From Ascidiella aspersa (taxonomy: Eukaryota), in contig OZ004610.1 of NCBI GenBank assembly GCA_963924565.1, positions 7,068,001 to 7,132,000 on the forward strand: a stretch of DNA of 64,000 nucleotides, read 5' to 3'. This document shows positions 1 to 10,580 of the stretch, piece by piece; the first letter of the stretch is position 1; every line of letters begins with the position of its first letter. Under the pieces are notes generated by a model that made no database searches, was not told where the DNA came from, and saw only the letters and a program-made list of their open reading frames with translations. Both the position numbers and the translations under genes were made by a program.

Positions 1-336
1 GATGCCGGATTGGAAATAATATATTTCTCTATTGATGACTAGAACTTAAAAATGACTGATTTTGACTCAGACAAGAAAGTCTAAAGTATATTGCTACAAT
101 TTGAAGTCATTGTTGTCATTTACGTTAAAGGGCGAGGAGATGTCTTTATATTTTACATAATCAGTTTGCAATTAAAGAACATTTTCAGATATGTCTTAAT
201 TTCAGTAACACTAGGAAAACTAATACGCTTTAAATCAGCTCTAAGTTTAAAATGACATTCTTTAGCAGCACCCAGCGGACGGGCGATGCTGCTAATCACG
301 TCCGCACGGTGGCAAAATAACACACAGACGACCAAC

Positions 337-489
337 CGATTTGTCTTCGATCCTGGAGAGGCAGACGCGCTTGAAGGCCTGAAAGAGTTGGGGCGTAAAG
401 TCCTGGTAGCGTTTGTGCATCAGAGAGCACATGTGGATGGCGCACGATACGTCGCTCATCTTCAGCTTAGCGTCAATCAGAGTGGACAC
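337..489 (-). CDS. UPF2: UPF2 coding exon 5 (VSTLIDAKLKMSDV...IEDKS)
   Basis: cctgcag| acceptor, TCG|gttggt donor, 153 nt; corresponds to ORF 292..489. Confidence 0.93.
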
Positions 490-2889
490 CTGCAGGACGA
501 AAAATAAGAAGAAATTTCAAAATAGGAATCGATCTACGAAACTGCGTTTACGCATTTGTTCTATCGAACATTTCCGCCGATTACAGCATTATTATACTTT
601 TATGAAGCATTGACGGGCTGGTAATAAGTTACAATACCTAACTATCTAATTAATGCTCTAACCCAGGGGTGGCCAACCTTTTCCTATAGTCGCGGGCCAA
701 AACCAACCTCAGAAACGTCTCTGCGGCCGGAATAATTTTAAACTGACAATTAAACATTTAAAAATCAATGAGTTTCAATGAGTCGTACAAGTTCATGACG
801 AGATGGTAATTTTCTAACCTGAAATCAGGGATGTGGAGTCGGTTAAAAATAACCCAAGTCGAACTCTGACAAATAAATTAACTTGAGTCAGCGTCCGGCC
901 AAATGTGCAATGAGTCCCAAAGTCCGGGTCCTACACTACAGCCGTATTTCACCCGTTTACTGAACAAAATTATGGTGGATATTCAGCAATTTACTCACAA
1001 GGGTGTCATATAATTCATCCACCCATGACAAGTAAAATGTTCTACCATACCATGCTATCCAAAATTACAAGTTGCGGCCTTATCAGTAAATTGATACTGT
1101 GCATGCTCGGGGGTAGTCTTACTCAAGTCCGGAGTCAGACTCTAGCAAAACAAACCAAACTCTATTGAGTCCCGAGTTTGACTGCGCCTTAGATTAAAAC
1201 AATATTAGAAAATTATAAAATAAATGAAAACTTACAACTTCTTGGATGTATCTTGTCAAATTGAGAGACTGAAATTCGTTTGACAGTGCAGTGCGTTGTT
1301 GCTCTGTTAACTTGCCCTAAAGAAAAATCATTATATGCTTGATTATTGTCTTTACGGCAGCTTTTACAAATTACATCTATTTTGTAATTTACTTGAAAAT
1401 CATAACCAAATGGCCTTGCTTATATTCACAGAAAATTATTTACTGAGACCTTATGCAGGAAATACACAATAAGATCTACAAAGAGGGAAGTTTATAGCAA
1501 AGAATCTACATTAACATAGTATTAACACCATTAAAATAAGAACGCCAAATACGCAATAATAACCACAACAGAATAAGATATAAAATTGTCAACCGTTCGG
1601 CATCAACAATTGGGCGCCCTAGTTTTAACGGCACCCCTTGCATGCAGCGGTTTTGAAACCCAATATTTTGCCCCTGTTTAGGATTAAGGTGAGTAATGGG
1701 ATGTCGTTAGAAATCCAATTAGGACATCAAAACTATGTGCAATATGTATACTGCATAGCAACTAATGATCTGAGCAAAATACAATACCGAGGGTTCTATA
1801 CCGGTAGTTTATAAAGATCGCATTTAGTATTTGGCTCTGTAGAACACCAATATTATTTTTGTGCTAACATATAAGTGTACCAGTTTTTTGACAAAAGATG
1901 TGTTCTTTTTTAAACTTGAATCCAGTTTCCTGAAGAAAACTTCATCTGGACGCTTTGTCGCTGCATTTTGATACTCAATCCGAATACTGGATTTCTGTTC
2001 ATTTCTTTTCTTTATCTCAACAATTAGTTGTAATGCTTGTTCCTAGAAGAAAAAAATAGTAAATCAAAATCACATGATGGGTATGTACGACATTATTTTG
2101 GCATTATCTGAACATAGTTCAGCTTGATAAAAATACATATAAACAAATATCTTCAATGCAAAATTTTTAGTTACTCAAAACAGCCAAAAAAACAATTACC
2201 ATAAAAATGTAATAAAAAAAAGAATATTTTAACAAAGTTATTATTTTCACATTTTATTTTATTGCAATAACTACATGGCAGATGGCAGAGTTATATGAAG
2301 CTGTAAATTCAAACATAGGGCAATTATTACTATAGGCATTGGGTATTTAATAGTTTATGGAAAACATTAATAGTTTATGGAAATTATGACAGTGCCCTAT
2401 GGAGCATTTACAGGATTCAGCCTGTTTTTTTTGTACAGAATTATTAGGAATTCCTCAAATAAAGTCAACAGAATAGCATATTTTGAGATTTGAGATTTTT
2501 AGGGATTTCAAAAATCTCTAAAAGACACTGTTTAAATCAGCTGAATTCTACATATCACACATCCATACATATATATTTCTGAGTTTAATTACCTTCTCCT
2601 TGGCAAGTTGTTCTTCGTCTTGAGCGGCTGACGCAAGACTTGTATCACCGCCTTCTATATAAAATATGCACTGATATGAGACTAAAACCAACGTCTAAAT
2701 AAAGGGCAGTTTACAGCATAATGTTAGGTCAGTAAAACTTTATATTTTACATATATATAACAGAAAGTCGCATGTTTATTAACGATTTAAAAAAACACCG
2801 GAACCTAAATGCTTAAAATATAAGTCAAACAAACCCTCAGTATGCATTTTCTGTACACCTTCAATCTTTGTATCTCCTTCTGTATCCAT
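337..2889 (-). CDS. UPF2: UPF2 / regulator of nonsense transcripts 2, 5' part (5 coding exons; continues beyond left edge)
   Basis: Spliced exons 2889-2835, 2654-2593, 2042-1881, 1316-1236, 489-337 all have GT..AG borders and compatible phases (1,0,0,0). They give MDTEGDTK...RPDEVFFRKLDSSLKKNTSFVKKLGKLTEQQRTALSNEFQSLNLTRYIQEVVSTLIDAKLKMSDVSCAIHMCSLMHKRYQDFTPQL, matching the recalled first MIF4G domain of human UPF2 (RLDSSLKKNTAFVKKL..TEQQR..LNLSKYI..EAKLKISDV). Confidence 0.96.
664..730. mobile_element. Truncated end of hAT MITE (same family as 27083-27802)
   Basis: CAGGGGTGGCCAACCTTTTCCTATAGTCGCGGGCCAAAACCAA..TCTCTGCGGCCG closely matches the reverse complement of 27737-27802. Confidence 0.7.
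826..945. mobile_element. Degenerate GGAGTC-repeat MITE-like element
   Basis: Starts CAGGGATGTGGAGTCGG with internal GAGTC/AAGTC repeats; similar motifs at 1120-1185; no TSD found. Confidence 0.35.
1236..1316 (-). CDS. UPF2: UPF2 coding exon 4 (GKLTEQQRTALSNEFQSLNLTRYIQEV)
   Basis: tttttctttag| acceptor, GTT|gtaagt donor, 81 nt; homologous to UPF2 TEQQR..LNLSKYI. Confidence 0.95.
1881..2042 (-). CDS. UPF2: UPF2 coding exon 3 (EQALQ...FFRKLDSSLKKNTSFVKKL)
   Basis: ttttttcttctag| acceptor, CTG|gtacac donor, 162 nt; contains the conserved LDSSLKKNT motif. Confidence 0.95.
2593..2654 (-). CDS. UPF2: UPF2 coding exon 2 (EGGDTSLASAAQDEEQLAKEK)
   Basis: ttttatatag| acceptor, AAG|gtaatt donor, 62 nt, open frame joining flanking exons. 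Confidence 0.82.
2835..2889 (-). CDS. UPF2: UPF2 coding exon 1 (ATG; MDTEGDTKIEGVQKMHTE)
   Basis: ATG at 2889; donor GAGG|gtttgt (phase 1) joins the next exon in frame; upstream acceptor tttag| at 2937-2936. Confidence 0.75.
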
Positions 2890-4868
2890 TTGTTTTAACA
2901 AAATAAACCACCACTGTCAACACTATAATCAAAACCTAAACATAGAACAAACAAATGGAAATGTAGGCACATGCCCTAAATTCAAGATAGCATACATATA
3001 CATATATATATAGTGTTTCAATTATATAATTTCAAAAGCCAAAAAGTTCAAGTAAATCAAAATCATCTTATTTAAGACGTTTTAATACAAACTTGTATAA
3101 TCTTCAGTTAATGTGGCTGAGAAGTAAATGAAAGCATAACTCATAAAAGGTTGAACGCATTTTTTTTTAATTGTTTAGAGCATTAATCTCAGATATTGCA
3201 CAGGTACAGCGTTGTTAATACGATGTCAAACTTCAACTCGGGGTCAACCTTCAATTCAACCTTTAATCAAACCTTTTGTATAATGGCATTTCAAAAATCT
3301 GAATTGATGTCCCACAGAAAAATTTGGGGGCATCAACACAGAGTAAGAAGCATAACTCACATTAAAAGCATTATCAGTTTTTTTATTTAATGATTTTATA
3401 GTCAACATTATGTATGACTTGAATTACAGTCAACATCATAAAAATTTGCAAAAATATACCTTCCAGCAAGCATTTAGCAGCTTCAAATGTATTGCATACC
3501 ATATATTATAGTTGGGAATGTGATACTAATTGTGTTTCTACATGCAAGATGTCATATTTGTTTCATAGGATAAACGAAGAAACCTCAAGCACAAAATTAT
3601 CTTACTGATAGCACATGGGCAAGTTTGCATTTTGTGGCTGGTGCATAACCAATTTTTCTTTATTTTTGTGCAGTCATAAATTACACACATAAACAATAAT
3701 AATAAATGATTTTTTGTGATTCCAAACAACAGGTGTACTACATGTACTTAAAATCCAAATTGCACAAATGCACATCTAAAAATTTGGCACTGCACACCCA
3801 ATATCATGCTGAAAAGTATTGCGAAATGCAGATTGTCACTTGGGAAATTGATAGATAAGGTCTAAACATTTATAAAATTCTCAAAAACATTCTTCAGGAT
3901 GTTACATTTTTAAGTTTGGTGTTAAACAGTAGAATTTACATAATAAATATTCTGTTAAGTTTGTAATGTTTTCGGTTGTGCACCTGCAAGATCTCGTCAG
4001 GATCTGCCATACTTACCAGACTAATGCACAAGGGATAAATGCCCCGCACAGGCTTAACTTTCAAACCAGGTGCAATACAAATGCTACAGATTTTTTTTGT
4101 GTTAATAACAATATTTTGGGGTTTTATTATTATTAATTATTATGAGAAAATTGCAAAACTATTAAAACATACAAATTCATTCCCTAAAAGATGAAACTTT
4201 ACAGTTATCGTTCACTCCTAGAATCATGAGTAAGTTTAATTAAGGTGAAGTATTAATAAAAATAATTTAATATAAGACGTATTTTTTTTCGCTAAATTAC
4301 ATTACCAAATCATATATAGTTTAATAAGCGACACCTTGGTTCTAGTGCACTGTTACAAGAATACAGGGACAACAGGGTAATATGTAAAATGAACAGACGA
4401 TTTCAGGAATTGTTTAGGTCTGGACGTCTGACTTTTCCGAAGAAACTTACGTCACTAGATTCACCTTTGTATTTGTTTTGCCTTGCATTAAATTTTGCAA
4501 TTGCATGTTGTTGTGTCTGACGTCATTAAATGATCACTCGTCTCGCTCCAATGCTCTGTATTATTTTTATTAGGCATTTAGCAGAAAACCTTTCGTTGAT
4601 TTAATCTCATAAAATACTTCACATCAGAAAAATAACAAAGTTAGTTGTCACATTTTGGACGAATATTGTTTCGTTTATTGGCACCAGGTAATAAGAAGTC
4701 TTCAACAGCAGTATTTGTTAACAGAATAACGAAACGTGTACAGTGCTTATTATGCTTGGTTGCTGGTTCATCGTAGGATGGCAAAACTATAGTACAGCTT
4801 ATTTTAGATAACTCAGTTTTACTAAACAATATTGAACAGAAAACTTTCTTTATGATGTATTTAGTTAC

Positions 4869-5000
4869 CTACGAAATATTAAAACCTACGAAATACAACT
4901 TGTCGAAAGAGGGCGCAAACGAGATTGTTTCTTGAAAAAACTTGTGTTCAATCTGCCTTGTACGAAAATTTTCAGACGTAAACAAAGTGTCGTTTTATAA
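4869..5000. promoter_or_regulatory. Candidate UPF2 non-coding first exon / bidirectional promoter
   Basis: Minus-strand donor AG|gtaact at 4869/4868 could pair with the acceptor at 2936. CpGs reappear here between two CpG-depleted blocks; duplicated ACCTACGAAATA (4867, 4884). Confidence 0.3.
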
Positions 5001-5056
5001 ATGTCGTGTCGTCTATGTGTTGACAGTGCTAGTACCATATTGAGGTACATGGTTTT

Positions 5057-5857
5057 ATGAATCAATTTGACAAAAACAATGTGGTATGTCGTTGGTTAAA
5101 CGATGTGAAAGTAGTTGTCATATGACGTTTTACGATGTACTAGATTTATCGCACCGAGCTAGTGAATTTCATGCCAGACTACAGCCCCCGATCCACGTGT
5201 TTCAACCAATTCAGCACTTTTAGCAACAGCGTAAGAGCAATCCATGTTTGAAGGAATGATTTTTTGATGATGATAACACTCATTGAAAGAATAGCAAAGT
5301 GTAATAGAAGTTTATTGTTTTTTTAGCTAACGAATAAAACTTGTTAACCATCAGTGTTATAATGATCTAAGTCAATGTTTTTAAATGACTTGACTTAGGA
5401 CACATGGACTGATTTTTAAGTTATTTGGACAAATTACTTGGGTTGAAATGAAGTGGTTTCTTGAAGTATTTTTTTATAAAATTGACCTATTTATTCAAAT
5501 TTGTGCACATAAAACAATTTGCTTTCTGTATGTTGTTTTTCTCATTTCATACTTGAGTTGTTTTATGAATGACTTGACTGGGACTTGATTCATTGCAAAA
5601 TGACTTGTTTACAAAACTGTTAACCATTGCCTATATTTTGAACTTGTAATATTTATTGATAAATTGCAGTCTTAAAAAAGTCTATTTAGTGTGGTAGAAA
5701 AGTCTATTTCATGGTAGACAACAACTTTCCAGGTATGAAAGCACATGGATTTGTCACCAAAAGTTAAACCAGTTTAATGAGAAGATTTGTGTGCATATAT
5801 AATTAATCAGCTTTCAGTTTAATTTTGCCTTTTTATGCAGAAAATAATGAAGTATGA
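5057..5857 (+). CDS. Hypothetical 4-exon micro-gene (57 aa) or spliced lncRNA divergent from UPF2
   Basis: Exons 5057-5083, 5144-5230, 5690-5732, 5841-5857 have GT..AG borders (GTG|gtatgt, AGC|gtaaga, CAG|gtatga; tactag|, tttag|, ttttatgcag|) and splice into one open frame; AATAAA near 6123. No recognisable homology. Confidence 0.25.
5352..5619. mobile_element. hAT-type MITE, CAAGTCAAGT/GACTTGACTT family (268 bp)
   Basis: Perfect 8-bp TSD TTAACCAT (5344-5351, 5620-5627); imperfect TIRs CAGTGTTATAA / CAGTTTTGTAA; internal GACTT repeats. Confidence 0.85.
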
Positions 5858-7559
5858 GTATAACTGTATACTGTTCACATTGTAGTTATTTCTTTTAATA
5901 ATTACATTTGCACTTGTATATTTATTCAATACATTTGAATTGATAAAATATAGTGATCTTAATTATAAGATTGTATTTTTTATATTTTGTACTCTTTTTA
6001 CAATTTTAAGGAAAACACAAATTTAACATAAAGTTTAATTGAATTTGAAATACCAAACTTGTTTTTTACACACTGTAAGTGCCATGATTATGGTTAGAAT
6101 TTAGATTCTAGTATGAATGGAAAATAAACTATGATTTAATGCGTTATTTCTTTAAAGTTAAATTGTATCAGCAATAATTAATGATTATAAACATATTAAG
6201 AAGTGTGGGGAAAATGAGGCTTTGTTATCATGTTCTTGTCTTGGTTTTTATACACTGTTGTCAGCAAAATTAACAGTCACAGACTACAAGTCATAACTTG
6301 AAAAATAGAGCACATATATGGGTTTTGGAGTGCCTTAAATCTCTTACTAGAATTGTTTAAGGTATACCACACATTAACTATTCTAGGTGTACAAACGAAT
6401 TAATCAAAAAACTTTTCAAGTTAATTTCAAAGACGGCTCAGCAATCAGCATATCTAGCCGTAAAAGTGAAAGTTGTGAACAGCGTTTCTTTACAAACTAC
6501 CAAAAACGTCGAATTTGTGTACAAAAGACTGCACAGTGTCACTCTTGCCGCTGGCCGCCTTTTTGGCCACATCATCTGGCGACGATGTATTCAGGTTTGT
6601 TCTTGATGCAATCTCGAGTGGCCTGCGGCGAAATCAGTCGCCACTATACCTTCCTTAATTCGAATTCGATCGAAGCAGCAGTTTCCAGGCCTAAAAGACA
6701 AGTGTAGCGCAGCGCAGCTGAGTGGACTTTTTACTCTTTGTCAAATCACGTTAAGTTGAGTTGTGTTTTACGTGGGCGTTTTACCGGACGCAGCTGCGGC
6801 AATACAGGATTTACAGAACTGAAGCGCAGCACAGATCTGCCAGTCTTAAAGGCATTTTTATGACATGTTGAAGAAAGTGTTCGATGCTAGCCCAATTCAG
6901 TTGGTTCCCATTTTTATAGTGTTATAGAAAAAGTATATCAAATTTTTATCATCGAATTTCAATAAAGAAGGAAATTCGGAATTATTTTGTTCGGGGCTGA
7001 AGGAAACAGCTTTCCAAGACTTGGATTTATTACGTCAGACGACAACGCGAATTGCTGAACTTTTTGGAATGTCAGGCCAACAAAATTTGACACAAGACCT
7101 TACAGTTTAAACGGGGTTTTACAGGAAAAACTTGAAATTTCTGGCTGTAAATTTTTAAGCCAAAACTGTTAAAATTAAAGTGCGATTTTCGCCAAGAAAA
7201 GAGAAAACGCAAATAGTTCCGTCAGTAGACAGCGTAGCGGCTTGGACACGTGTCGCTTTGCCGCCGAAACGTCAGGGTACGGTCGCTGAGCATTCAACGG
7301 CGCAAAAAGCATTTTTAATAGCGGAAGAACGATAACTGCCGAAAGTCCGGAACTGAACTGATGAGGCAAGGGTCGGAGACTCAAAATCCACAATCCCTCG
7401 TTGTAATGCAAATTGATATAAACCAGCAAAACAAAATAAATTAGCGTATTCGGGTTACACTATAAACAAAAATTGTCACCCTCCGGATTACCTTATTTAG
7501 AATAAGACGAATACGGCAATTTACAAAGATTAGTTAAAAGTATAGTCCTAGTTAAGAGA

Positions 7560-7810
7560 GCCAGCAGTAGGTAATCGCAGCCCTGGTACGGTAGCGTACA
7601 TTCCTCAGTCGACAAATAAGGCGGCCGGGGAAAGAACGCCCGGAATGGGACGCAGGTCGAGCGCGTCGGCGCACCGTGCTCAGGCAACCGTGCGATTTGC
7701 GAGATACCAATCGTCAGCAGACTGGCGGGGGATTGCCTGTTGTTTTTCTGCTTGCGCTGTACGAAGAGAGTTGTTTGTAACTCAGCGTGGTAACATTGCC
7801 GCAGTTCTAG
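7560..7810 (+). promoter_or_regulatory. CpG-rich candidate promoter / 5'UTR exon
   Basis: GC-rich island with CATTCC/GGAATG and CCAAT, ending at possible donor TAG|gttaga (7810/7811). Confidence 0.25.
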
Positions 7811-10299
7811 GTTAGAAGGATAGGTTTTTAGTTATAGGCCTACTTTAATAGCAGACTTAGCCTAAGTAGGCGTCTCGGTTTTTTAAATATTTAAACTATC
7901 AAAACGAGAGCAGTGACATCTTCATTGCGAACCGTGGTTAAAATTGGTTTTATTGTTTAAAAAGTGAGTTTTGTAATTTTTCGAGCAAAAGTTATGCGTA
8001 AAAAGTGTGTTTGTTAATCGAATTTTTAGCAGGCTTGAATGAGATTTGCACCAGTTAGCAAATCGTATTAGTTCGACAGCATTTGTGCCTTATAAGGCCC
8101 AGACGAGTAAAGAAGAGGCGTTGGCCGTGAAAGTGACAGTTGCCAAAAACGATCGCTGCACGCTATATGCGAAAATCCATATTGAACGACGTCGTCAACT
8201 AAAAACGTACCGCTTATCAAAGCTAATTAAACGTTTCCTTCAAGGTCAAATTGCTGCAATCACGATATTATTGAAATAGGAACTGTAAAATTTTGCCTAC
8301 TGTATTTTCAGTAAAAAGTTTTCAAAAACTGTAGTTACTTTTTGACCAGCCGGTCATAAGAATTTTGCATTGGGTTGTTATTTCCCTGGAACAACAAATA
8401 ACTGGCGGATATCCTGTACAGAAAACAAAAATCGATGTGTTTTAATTGTGCAGCTGATGTTTACGGGATATCGCAACGCGGGCAAACTTAAGCGGAGAAA
8501 TTGTTTCTGTCCAAATATTAATTATTTTTAACTAGTCAAAATTCCTGGCGGGCAACGTCATTCCGACACAACTTGGTGAAAATGGGCCTTGTAAGTGCTT
8601 GAGTTGCGGTTTAGTCAAGTGTTTCGGTCGAGCCTGTTGTTTTCGACAGCCAGACTTTTACGGGGCGTTTCTTCTTAGATTCCCTGTTCGCCGAAGCTTT
8701 GCCTTGCTTCTATTCGGCGGCAACGAAACACCAATTGCGATATAATCCTTACGGGGAAATCGACGTTGGGCGATTTTAAGTCTAAAAGAAAGCGAGGCGA
8801 TCTTAAATTGCGCAACAGACAGCACTTGTGTTTACCGGTAATATTTATGATTTATTATCATGTTAAATTTGTTCAGAGCCCGAGGCTACTTTTATATATT
8901 CCAGCTGTGTAATTAAGGTTCCAACCGCTGAAAGATTAACGCCATGCCCCAGTTCTCTTCATTCTCTTAAGATTTACGGCATGTAGATTGCTTTTTCTTA
9001 CAAACCGTTATGTGGTCAATTGTCAGAGGCTCGTTGAAATATTTGAACGTCCAAATGGTAACCCTATTGCCCGAGACAACACTGAAAAACCGCATTGCCA
9101 GCAGCATTCGTTTGTCTAAACAAAAATGAATATAAATTACACCCGGTTTCGACTGCAGCAGAATCCCCGCAGTTGCTGCTTTCCTCGAATTCTACCGGAT
9201 TCTGCTAATGTTAGGCGACAGACAATAGATCAGTAAATTAGCACGATTTTTCACTGCTGGTGTGCGATTTCGCCAACAGGTTGCAACACGGTAAGTTCGC
9301 AGTGCCGGCGAATTGCCCAGACTCACTTATTTGACTGGGGTTGTATTACTTACCCATTTGTCGCTTTAAAAGCAGTACCTTTATGGAGAGAGTGCTTGGT
9401 TGGAGAAATTGGTGTCAACTGCATTTATAGCAGTAATTCTTAAAATGTGCGCTTGAGAGAGATTCTAAACTGTCCCCGCATATCATCCATTTGGAAACTG
9501 ATAATACTTGGATATTTACCTAATGGCTTGCCATGTATTAAAGGCAAATGTCAGGTTATGAAGTTGTAGTTTTGCACAAAGTGTGTCAGGAATATTTGTT
9601 CTGTTTGGAGTTCAAATTGACAGCCTGATAAGATCGAAGGCAGGGTGCTGGTGTTGTGCAAACCGCACACCAGTAATGCAAGTCTTAGTTGTGCGCGCGC
9701 CCCAAGTTCTAGTTTGGAGTTGACTAATATGGATTTAGAGTTTCCCCAAACAAAATACTGTTAATTTATTAGAAAAATACTATATATCCCTGCATAGTAG
9801 GTTTTCACTGAAATGGGTACTTGAGAAATGTTAATCTTTGCTCTATGGGCACTAAAGTTGTAAAGGTTTGTACTGGTGAAATGATGGGTCAATTTTAGCA
9901 CCCAGTACTCTTAGCCTCGTGGTGTAGGAACCTGTTAAAAAAGCAAAGCGAATAAAATTAAAAAATGAGGCCTTTATTTTACCAAATTACTGTATTAAAA
10001 ATCATGTTTAACTTGCAATAAAATCGGCTTTGTACAACCCAGACAGACTACTAATGTACCAAAGTACTAATATTGTTAGTGGTTATTTATACCCACTGAA
10101 CAATGTTTTCTCAGTATCCTTTGTCTAGGTGCCGTGCGCTATATTTTAACTTGTAGTTTGCTAATTTTAAAAGCGCACCCTTGCTGCAGAAATATCCCAG
10201 AAATGAAAATTATACACCTCCATAACTTAATCATCTCACTTTGCGTGTTAAGTATGCGATAACAGGCCAAAGTTGTACCTAGCTCCCAGCTAACCACAG

Positions 10300-10580
10300 C
10301 AGAAATCGATTTTCGTGTACGCGATTGCGTCGTGTGGTTTTGAAGGCTTGAGATCATCTCCTGTGCGCGCCAAAAACGCTCCCAGAAACAGCAAAAGCAG
10401 CAGCAAACAACGTGCGCGCAGTCCGCCATTAATAACTGTGACGTCATAACGGCCTACTGTGACTTTTGTTTATAGGGGAAGCGAGCTGAGAGTGATTTTG
10501 CTCGGAACGGAATAGTGTTTACGCGCGTGCTGCTGCGTTCGGATACTATTTGTGTTTAGAGAGCGACGGCGCTGGCCCAG
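10300..10580 (+). promoter_or_regulatory. Candidate upstream promoter / 5'UTR exon of VGLL4-like gene
   Basis: CpG-rich block with CRE TGACGTCA (10439), TTTATA near 10469 and donor CCAG|gtgtgt at 10580/10581. Confidence 0.35.

Noticed and set aside
153-335. ORF containing KLRADLK, reminiscent of UPF2 KLRTDLR which should follow exon 5
   Set aside because: Similarity stops at once (no FIAEL), there is no suitable acceptor, and the sequence is AT-rich and intron-like. The true exon 6 is probably beyond the left edge.
6387-6707. 106-aa ORF after a ttctag acceptor-like site
   Set aside because: No recognisable homology or codon bias, and no clear donor.
7255-7390. CGAAACGTC and CTGATGAG words suggesting a hammerhead ribozyme
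   Set aside because: The boxes cannot be joined by proper stems, and the downstream GAAA is AAAA.
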